From Balanoglossus misakiensis (lineage: Eukaryota; Animalia; Hemichordata), in assembly GCA_040954595.2 (NCBI GenBank), contig CM082585.2:4117358-4181357 (forward strand): a stretch of 64,000 nt of DNA. Direction: 5' to 3'. Every line of letters begins with the position of its first letter. The first letter of the stretch is position 1. A program made the translations under genes and the position numbers. This document shows, one piece after another, positions 38,801 to 46,772 of this stretch. The notes below the pieces were generated by a model. The model was not told the DNA's origin. It ran no database searches and worked only from the letters and a program-made list of their open reading frames with translations.

Positions 38801-41104
38801 TACAGCCTCCTGAGCACTAACTTCTCTGTTGTGAAGATAAACACTTCCTAACTGTCTCAATGCAGATTTAGCATCCATATTTCCCTCTTTGTTAGCCTCT
38901 TTCTGAGCATGTTCAAGAAGTAAACCCATTTCTCTTTCTGCTTTAGAAATGTATGATACAATATACACAACACATGCATATGCATCAACAACAAACTGGA
39001 TATCCATATTTGCATTCCAACAACGCAAAAGACAAGGATTGTATTGGTTTACCCATACATCGTTCGGCTGCCGTTTCATAACTATACTTGTCTTTTTGGA
39101 AACAATTGAATGTGCTCTCTCATAGGCTTCTTGGGATATACCAACTTCCTCAAATAAGTCATCTATGGTATCATACTCTTTCTCCTTGTCATTCATTGCC
39201 ACCCAAACTTTCTCTAGAAGTTCTGTAGCCATCTTTTGCTCCACTGGTGAAACAATCAACTGTGAAACGGCAATTTCAAATGCTTCGCGACTCTCTGCGT
39301 TGTCTAGGTCCTCTGGTACTTTATTCACTACACTGTCAACAGGGCGGCATACAAATGTTTGTTGTGATGGTGGCCGTGGAAAATTAAATCTGCATTTAGT
39401 ATTTTTCTTCTTGCAAGATTTTGAATGGCGTGTGCTGTGTTTCTGAACTGACTTCACAATGTCATGTAATTCTTCATCATTCTCAGATGATGGCATTTCA
39501 CACGTAACATAAGTGTCAACAAAATCAACCACTTCATCATCAGAATCCTTGTCTACTCTGGGTGCATTTTCAACCCAAAATAAGCAGTGTGTGTGGGGTG
39601 ACCCACGTTGTTGGAATTCAACTCGATAAAAGTAATCTTTGATTTTGCCAATAGGATTGGCTGGTGACATAATGACATCTTTCACAAAACATTGAAACCG
39701 ATGATCAAACATTCTTGCAGCTGTTACTGGGTTTCTCTTCAAAATACCACATTTCTCAGACCAATCAAGATCCTCTGCATTACGTGTATCACCTTCCCCA
39801 CGAAGCAGTGTCTCAATAAGTTCTTTCCATCGCAAATCAGCAGAAGAAAATGAACAGAACCATGTTGGTATACCTAGCTGTCTGATCATTGCAAACAAAT
39901 CTTTCTGTGTAGCTTGCCAGTAAGGGGGTGTCCCTCTGATAGGTTTCAAAAACTTGTAACCTTCATCACACTTCAAAATGTTTTGCAAAGATTCTCTGTC
40001 AGTCAAAACATCAGATGTAACTTTTTTGCCACAAGCATGTGCAGTTCCTTTTCTCAATGCAATAGATACATTGGATACCACCTGATCAATTTCTGACAGA
40101 AACTGTGAATAAAATATGTAGTCTGTATTTTGTGCAAATCTGTTGCTTGCATTCAACAAACGACTTTGCAAGTATCGATTGATAGTTATGGTAACCTCTC
40201 TTTCATCATGAAATGTTGGTGACCCAGTTGGAAATAACACTGGGAAACACTTTGCTTCATTGAATTTCTCCATCAAAACACTAACAGGTACATTACCCTC
40301 TGCAGGAGCAACAGACATTATATCTTCAAAGTGATAATCGAGAATATCCTGACCTATGTCAATTGGTTGAAAGCATGTATCCATGAATATTCCATTAGTA
40401 TCTTTTTCAGGTTCATTTTCATCATCTGCATCTGATAACACATCATCTGCATCAATATCTTTGATTTCCGAGGTTTCATCTTTTGTTTTTTCCAGACTAT
40501 TTTCCCAATCCACATTGAATTTCACATCACTATACCACTTGTTATTTCTCCTTAAGTAATCCAATGCATTCTGAATGTGGCTTTTAGTTACAAACTTATA
40601 CTGATAGCAACCCTTGTAAGTCAATTTTCGCTTCAATTTCACCTTTATCATCTGATCATCTAATTCACCTCGTGGCAAAATACTTGTAGCTTTCTCTATA
40701 TTAGATGGGACGCATACAACAGGTCCATGGACACCATTCTGCCCACCTTTGGGCAATGCAAGCATTTTCATGAATGGAATATGCAATGCAATCAAATGTT
40801 GCTCTAGAGAATTCAGGCATTCCAGTTCACAAGGAATTGGGTTTACATGCAGATTGTTTGCAACAGCTTGAACTGGTATCTTTCCACGCAACAGTTTAGT
40901 GTCACATGTGTAACAAATCCACATCTTACTAGCTGCACTATTCTCAAGTGGGCACTCAACAGGACATAGTAAACTACATCTATGTACATAATCTTCTGTA
41001 ATGCAATTCTCAGCAATATCACATGATGCTATTTTACTTGCATACTTATCTCTTTTGCAAAGAATTACTTGCTTTCTGAAGAGTCGCCTATGGCAAAAGA
41101 ACAC
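35894..41104 (-). CDS. Helentron RepHel transposase: HUH/Y2 Rep + PIF1-family SF1B helicase + C-terminal AP-like (EEP) endonuclease; downstream part of a frameshifted ORF
   Basis: Rep motifs RVEFQQRGSPHTH and YIVSYISK. Helicase motifs GGAGTGKS, IIDEISM, GDFYQLPPV, TVHKVQG, YVALSR. EEP motifs HNIEG, LTETWL, VYRPP, MGDFN, TLIDHVY. Confidence 0.97.
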   Translation of the reverse strand: MFFCHRRLFRKQVILCKRDKYASKIASCDIAENCITEDYVHRCSLLCPVECPLENSAASKMWICYTCDTKLLRGKIPVQAVANNLHVNPIPCELECLNSLEQHLIALHIPFMKMLALPKGGQNGVHGPVVCVPSNIEKATSILPRGELDDQMIKVKLKRKLTYKGCYQYKFVTKSHIQNALDYLRRNNKWYSDVKFNVDWENSLEKTKDETSEIKDIDADDVLSDADDENEPEKDTNGIFMDTCFQPIDIGQDILDYHFEDIMSVAPAEGNVPVSVLMEKFNEAKCFPVLFPTGSPTFHDEREVTITINRYLQSRLLNASNRFAQNTDYIFYSQFLSEIDQVVSNVSIALRKGTAHACGKKVTSDVLTDRESLQNILKCDEGYKFLKPIRGTPPYWQATQKDLFAMIRQLGIPTWFCSFSSADLRWKELIETLLRGEGDTRNAEDLDWSEKCGILKRNPVTAARMFDHRFQCFVKDVIMSPANPIGKIKDYFYRVEFQQRGSPHTHCLFWVENAPRVDKDSDDEVVDFVDTYVTCEMPSSENDEELHDIVKSVQKHSTRHSKSCKKKNTKCRFNFPRPPSQQTFVCRPVDSVVNKVPEDLDNAESREAFEIAVSQLIVSPVEQKMATELLEKVWVAMNDKEKEYDTIDDLFEEVGISQEAYERAHSIVSKKTSIVMKRQPNDVWVNQYNPCLLRCWNANMDIQFVVDAYACVVYIVSYISKAEREMGLLLEHAQKEANKEGNMDAKSALRQLGSVYLHNREVSAQEAVYRVCGLKLKQSSRKVQFIPTGENPIKMSLPFAAIKNKMKGNEVDEESIWMHSIVDRYKNRPNGVDFDSMCLATFCSEYRIVSKSEVVNVNDEKRQSPLVKLQNNTGYMQKRSRTEPAVIRYARFSVTKYPEKYYRSILELFLPHRVDSQLKPRGFESYEDFYRVGAVKCGSESVEKVKDIVERNKALYEKEADAVDMAEEFLGGNNEPLEDAWAQICPENELDRLECIEEGKKCNEDDDGDETDDIPELVVKAQGDCSVEVSTSVARAEIAAMCRSLNKKQADVFYSVRQWCLDKSNGKNPEPFYLFVSGGAGTGKSHVIKTLYHEAKRILARVLPNPDEISVMLTAPTGVAAFNIQGETLHHAFSIAVDSKLPYQPLHEEKINSLRSKLGNVEILIIDEISMVDKKLLHYVHGRLRQLKQSSSQAPFGNVSVIAVGDFYQLPPVKGSPLCIDNDVISLWSDNFKIVELTEIMRQKDSGFAEALNHIRLHKKGEALKADDLEMFLKCVTGESSEAIHIFGTNAEVNKCNVTMLHSLCSDPVCIEAEDFIKNATTGKLERKEGHHAKVYRTMLPKSVTLAVGARVQLTQNIDVSDGLVNGVFGTVCHIEVKENGTFPIAVYVVFDNVSVGQKLRRKTPNVVQLPERSTRIEPQELSVAINGGIRRQFPLKLAWACTVHKVQGLTVDKAVVSLKKMFAPGQAYVALSRVTSLEGLVIDEFETSSIYCNPKIQAALAEMPQFLDTCETKMETSHACTFILHNIEGVQNHIEDLRIGAEYLESDFICLTETWLSETTIESDIEVSGFVFCHKPRSLSYNQLNSNTATLQSQHRGGVGVYCNMSRTVEILHLPVCNLEYMAFYDKDINVSIAVVYRPPSYKAETFRKNLLLLVSEMGKRHGGIVIMGDFNENIFTSSSLLDLMQCCGFKQCVTTATTEAGTLIDHVYVKGIENVTVEIVPKYFSFHEAIRIQI

Positions 41105-42954
41105 ACACAGTCAGGACCATTTGATACCTGATTTCGGAAAGCACCAACAACATAGTCCAAATTTCTTTCATTAATTTTCTTCTGTTCTCTTTTACTTTCA
41201 CTTCTTTCCAAAACAGCCTGTCTATAACTTGGGTTCTCTTTGTACCTTTGTAAACATTTCCTCTGTTGATTCTCTCTCACCAAGGGATTTTGCTGATATA
41301 GCTCCATTAATTTAGATTTCGTTCGAGCACGAAATTCTGCATTGTCACGGTACTTCTCTGACAATTTCATCTTCTTTGCCTCACAAAACAATGTGTCATG
41401 CTGGTACTTCTGTGAAAATTTCTGTTTCTTAACCTCTTTGTATGATATATCTTCATGGTACCTTCTTTTCCTTTTCAATTTCAGTTGCTCTCTGATTTCA
41501 CAATTACTATGATACAACGCACGCTGTCTATCAGCCCTTCTGCTCTTTGTTTTAACATTTGCACTAGGTGCAGTTTGAATACTTTCTTTCTGTTGATATT
41601 TCACTCTTCTCAGTTTCTTTCTCAGCCGTGTACTCATGCGCCTTTTTCTCTTAACTCCAGTTTCAATCCCCAGTGCATTCAAATTGTCTTTCACAATTCC
41701 TGTCTTATTTGGACATTTCCTTTGTGAAAAAGAAATCTCACTTGTAAAGGATTCACACTTGTCAGTCACATTTACACTAGACAATTCTACATCACAATCA
41801 GTATGTGTGCAGTGACAGGTTTCCAAGTTAGGTGTTTTGACACACTCAACGATATCAAAATGATTTTGATTCAGATGATAAATATAGATACCATCACCTC
41901 GACTGCAATTCCTCTCATTAAATTGAGTGCAAGGGTGTTTCCACCATCTGCCAATGGTATGGACATATATGTCAGTATTCAACAAGTTTGCTCCTGCGAA
42001 GATTTCAACTTCGGAACCCCAAATGTTAAGGCAATCCATTCTAGACTTTTCAATGTAGTCTGCAACTGATGTATATCCCATTGACTTTATGAAATCTAAA
42101 TATGCATTCTCATTGACTCTCAAGTGATTAACAATGGCTTTTCGCATCACTCTGTGATTTCTCTCACTTCCACTTACAGCATATGACAACGCCCGAAACA
42201 AACAGTTACCATCACCAACAATTGACTTTATTTTACAGGGTTCACCAGCTTCAGCACCCTCAATTCCATTTACAGACTCATTATTATTTTCATTATGTAA
42301 GTGAAGTTTGTCACATAACTCATGCTGTATCACAGACGTAATTGGACAAAATAAATATTCACTGGTTTCGGTACCACCATCTTGTGAATCATTTCCAACA
42401 CACTCTGTTTCTGTAACTCTTGCTATGTTCACATTATCAATTTCTCCCATCACATAAGTCTCCTCAACTTCATGCTCAACAATAATTCCTCTTTGATCAC
42501 CTTCATCATGTGCAACATCACGTGCCATAGTGTTACTTACGTCCTCAAAATCTCCATCATGTTCACCATGACCCTGAATAAGAGCATTATCAGATTTATT
42601 TTGCCAGTCATTTAGATCCCGAAGGACACCATCAGATTCATTTCGCAAGTTATCATGATCCCGAAGGACACCATAAGAGTTATTTTGCAAGTTATCATGA
42701 TCCCGAAGGACACCATCAGATTCATTTCGCAAGTTATCATGGTCCCGAAGGACTTCATTATCAGATTCATTTTGCAAGTTCTTAGCGTCCCGAAGGACAT
42801 CATTTCCAGATTTATTTCCCACTGTAACAGTGTCATTTTGGTCAAACAGGACACATTGGCCCTGAGTGACAATTCCACTGGTTGGTGGGACACGACCCAA
42901 ACCCAACCGCTTCTTCAGCGCATCACTCTTCTTCCAGTTCTTCTTACGAGGCAT
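41065..42954 (-). CDS. Helentron N-terminal region with OTU cysteine-protease domain, 14-aa repeats and a basic region; upstream part of the same frameshifted ORF
   Basis: OTU motifs GDGNCLFRALS, WGSEVEI, NHFD. DGVLRDHDNLRNES-type repeats. Ends in GPDCVCS, which continues as CHRRLFRKQV in the next ORF. Confidence 0.92.
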   Translation of the reverse strand: MPRKKNWKKSDALKKRLGLGRVPPTSGIVTQGQCVLFDQNDTVTVGNKSGNDVLRDAKNLQNESDNEVLRDHDNLRNESDGVLRDHDNLQNNSYGVLRDHDNLRNESDGVLRDLNDWQNKSDNALIQGHGEHDGDFEDVSNTMARDVAHDEGDQRGIIVEHEVEETYVMGEIDNVNIARVTETECVGNDSQDGGTETSEYLFCPITSVIQHELCDKLHLHNENNNESVNGIEGAEAGEPCKIKSIVGDGNCLFRALSYAVSGSERNHRVMRKAIVNHLRVNENAYLDFIKSMGYTSVADYIEKSRMDCLNIWGSEVEIFAGANLLNTDIYVHTIGRWWKHPCTQFNERNCSRGDGIYIYHLNQNHFDIVECVKTPNLETCHCTHTDCDVELSSVNVTDKCESFTSEISFSQRKCPNKTGIVKDNLNALGIETGVKRKRRMSTRLRKKLRRVKYQQKESIQTAPSANVKTKSRRADRQRALYHSNCEIREQLKLKRKRRYHEDISYKEVKKQKFSQKYQHDTLFCEAKKMKLSEKYRDNAEFRARTKSKLMELYQQNPLVRENQQRKCLQRYKENPSYRQAVLERSESKREQKKINERNLDYVVGAFRNQVSNGPDCVCSFAIGDSSESK

Positions 42955-43582
42955 CTGAAAAATATTTCAACATGATTACCATCACCAAACAGAAATTAAC
43001 AACTCATTGTTGATCATACTATCCACATTTTGCAGTGCCTTCCCCATTTTAGTGTCTGCATTACTTGCCCTCATGTTTTTTCCACCATGCAATTGAAATA
43101 ATACAGGCCTGTCCACAAATAGGATCAATAATACTGGTACAAAGGTGAAATATACATGTTGAATAGCAGCTATGCTCACCACATTTCTGTACTGTTCGTG
43201 TACATCAAACTACACCATAACTCAGGCATTATCATTACAGCTGCTACACAACATTTTTAATTCCAACCATGACCCAGGATAGGATCACTAATCCTGGTAC
43301 ACAACCACACATGCAGTACACAAATTCTCAACCAGCTATGTTGACCACACCTCTACAAACTGCAACACACTTGAAATCATCTGCTATATCTATAACACTT
43401 ACCGTCAAATATGTTGTGTCACCAAAAACTGCAAAACAAACCAAATAACCTTATTAGAAAAAAATGTATATCATACAGTGATTCAACAAAACATACACAA
43501 AATCCCCACAAAGTGTGAAACTTACACAACAAAGTTTTCCAGATTTAGTTGAAAATGCCCTTCAAATTTCCATGTATGTTAA

Positions 43583-43923
43583 AGGGACAAAGTCACGCTG
43601 CCCTTTTTCCATCAATTACGTTTGATACAAGACACCGTTTATGTTATTCTACGTGTGGATATATAGTGAATCAGCGTTCAACCACACACAACTTCCATCC
43701 CGTTTGTAGGATATCAGAGTCAAAATCTCGCCAAAATGAATAAATGGTAAACACTGATTATTCATTTTGGTGACTTTTTCACTACCGTGTCTACAAGTGG
43801 GATGGACGTAGTGTGTGGTCGAACGTTGATTCTCTTTATATTCACATATAAAATAACACAAACGATGTCTTGTATCAAATATAATTAACGGAAAAAGGGC
43901 AGCGACAGACAGACTTTGTCCCT
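43583..43923. mobile_element. Kolobok-like palindromic MITE in the Helentron 5' region
   Basis: TTAA|AGGGACAAAGTC ... GACTTTGTCCCT|TTAA, with long (>100 bp) imperfect inverted arms. Confidence 0.85.
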
Positions 43924-44548
43924 TTAACAATACTATTATTAATACGATTATTAATCAATACGATTATTAATCAACAAAACTCTCAGTGAACAAACAATGA
44001 CACATGTCACTTTCATAGCCAGCCCTCAACAGATTAATATTATTTCACAACAGACAAAACCACACTTGTATTACTTTAATCAACCATGTCTACACATTCA
44101 AATCCAAATGTTTGTCGAAATGACTAAAAACACAGGAATGCCTTCCTCATTTACATAACAGTACACCTTCCAATAAACACCAATCATGGCACATCATTTC
44201 ACCAGTATTTCCAGCATTTTTAAAGTGTCAAACAACTTTTAATATCACACAATATTCCAGAAAACAGCTCAAAACCACACCCTTAATCCCTTAAGGTCAT
44301 GGTCAAAAACAACATCAAACACTCACCTTGAGACTGAGATATATCTGTTCAGCGAAATCTGTGAACACAATAGACAAAAATATTACTACTCATTCATTAT
44401 TTCCCTCAGATAAATCACAACAGAAAAATGTGCAAGCATGTGTATGTAAGTCACAAACATGTCAGTATAAAAATACACATACATCAATCAAAATAACCTA
44501 TACAGAACAGTGTCCTTGTCCACATCGAATTAGGCTATCTGCGAAATA

Positions 44549-45000
44549 CATGGTCGCCGCCATATTGAATTGGACTGACCTTGTTTATGTGTGAAAATAA
44601 AACTATTAAAACCCTAATGAAACTGACATCGCCTCTCATATAATCAAAATCTCACTACCGCCGGATCAACTACAACTACACAACCGTCACCATCCAGCTT
44701 TCCACTCATCCAAATCACCGATAAAGTGATTAACATTTACACCACCTTTACAACTCAGACATGTCAGCATAAATTATTGCGTAAGCAACTCTGCAAAACA
44801 CACGGTCGCCGCCATATTGTATTGGACTTGCCTCTGTACGTGTGAAAATATAACTCAAATTAAACTGACATCGGCTCTCATATCATCAAAATCACACTAC
44901 CGCTAGATAAACTACAACTTCACAATCGTCACCACCCACGTTTCCACTCGTTAAAATCACCGATAAGGCGATTACTACCACTTTCAAAACTCCGACATGT
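44549..45000. repeat. Diverged ~250-bp tandem dimer upstream of the Helentron ORF
   Basis: ggtcgccgccatattg(a/t)attggact at ~44551 and ~44804, followed by alignable sequence. Confidence 0.75.
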
Positions 45001-45292
45001 TAGCGAATTACACTCACCAGTAATCAGCTGACCCCTACTGTAGACGTATTTCCGTAATCACATTCGTTTTCGGATCCGTCAACCTCAAAGCTAGTATGTA
45101 GAACAGCTTTGGATTCAAGTGCACACAGGTCACAAAGTTTCAATAGCCATTGTAGCTGTATGTATCACTAGGAGAAGGTATGTCAACGCATTACACAAAA
45201 TCCACCAAAATATTGCTTTGCTGTTCAACTAAGGTTTGTTGCTATGCGCTATTTTGGCTTGGGCCCGCCATTGCTGCTTGGCAGCTATATTT

Positions 45293-46772
45293 AGGGCCCA
45301 AGCGCAAGCCAGCGCTTGGGCCCTATTGGTTTCGTTGGGGTTTTTCTTTCTTCTTTCTTTATTCTTGTGTCAATTCTTTGTCGCTCTAGATCTCAGACAC
45401 CACTGCAGGTACACTTCTGAAACTTGCTACAGTGGTCAAGGTCAATGAGTAGTCGTGCATTGAACCCATGAATTTTTAATTAGTCACATGACCTGGCGGC
45501 CATCTTGGATTTTCTGAAAAAATGCAAATCTCAGATCTCAGAAACTACAAGTCAGATCGACTTCAAATTTGGCGTGCAGGTAGACTACCTTCTGGCAAAC
45601 ATTTTTGTAATTGGAAATTATGCTGTCAATGTTGCAGTTTTTTTGCTACAGTTGTTTTTCTGAAATCTGGTCAAAATTTCAAAAATCTTCTTCTCCAGAA
45701 CCGGCGATAACCGAGTCACGCGGTTTGGGGTATGTGGTCACCAAATTGAGGTCTATCAAGTTTGCGAAGATCATTGTGATTGGTCGAAGATTTTGGCGGC
45801 CATATTGGATTTTCGAAAAACCCTAGTAAAATTTCAAAAATCTTCTTCTCAAGAACCGGCGATAACTGAGTCACAAGATTTGGTGTGTGTGGTCATTAAA
45901 CAGATGTCTATCAAGTTTGCGAAGATGAATGTGATTGGTCGAAGATTATGGCGGCCATATTGGATTTTGTGAAAAACGATTAAAAAGTAAAAATTCCCTT
46001 TCTAGCCTAAAAATTGATAGCACAGAAATTCTTTTTATGGATATGAATCATCATATGCCAAGAATAAGCTATAAATATTTTGGTATTTTTGGCAATGACC
46101 TTTGACCTACTTTTGACGCATCATTTTTCTGCATATCTAATTCCAGGCTAACCAATAGGGCTATAAGTTTGGTTTTTGATGTATGTGGATTTGTATGCGA
46201 TCAAAAAATTTCGCTACTTTTCATGACCCCGTTGACCTCTGCTGACCTCATTAAATATGCGCATACCTAATTACAGATGAACCAATAGACCTAGAGGTTT
46301 GGTTTTTGTTGGACATGAACCAGTATTGGGTCAAATTTTTTGCCCAAATGTTGGGTGACCTCGGGTGACCTTTGACCTACTTTTGCATATCTCGACATCC
46401 ACAGCAGATACAGCCTTGGCGTTTGGAGGTATGGGGCCATAATGAAAAGCCAAAGTTTTGGGTCACCTGTGACACCTGCTTAACTCATTATTTATGTGCA
46501 TACCTAATTCCGGGCTAACCAAAAGGGATAGAGATCTGGTTTTTGTTGGACATGGACCACTATGGGTCAAAATTTTCTGCCCAAATTGTGGGTGACCTCT
46601 GGGTGACCTTTGACCTACTTAACACTATATCAACACCAAACATAGATATAACCTTGATATTTCATGGGATAAAACACAGCATTATCTTTCTACTCATTAA
46701 TTATGTGCATATCTAATAATCTGATCAGATAATACAGCTTGGGCCCGGACAATGCTGCTTGCAGCTTTAATT
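45293..46772. mobile_element. Non-autonomous Helentron element 6
   Basis: Complete ~1.48-kb copy with both diagnostic ends; closely similar to elements 3 and 4. Confidence 0.9.

Larger units (their letters stand above)
30133..45292 (-). mobile_element. Autonomous-type Helentron/Helitron2 (element 5), ~15.2 kb
   Basis: Palindrome AGGGCCCAAGCC-CAGCA-GGCTTGGGCCCT at 30133. SubTIR GCTTGGGCCC plus hairpin GCTGC-TTG-GCAGC at ~45257-45285. 216-240-bp tandem repeats at ~30850-32320. Encodes OTU-RepHel-endonuclease on the minus strand. Confidence 0.93.
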
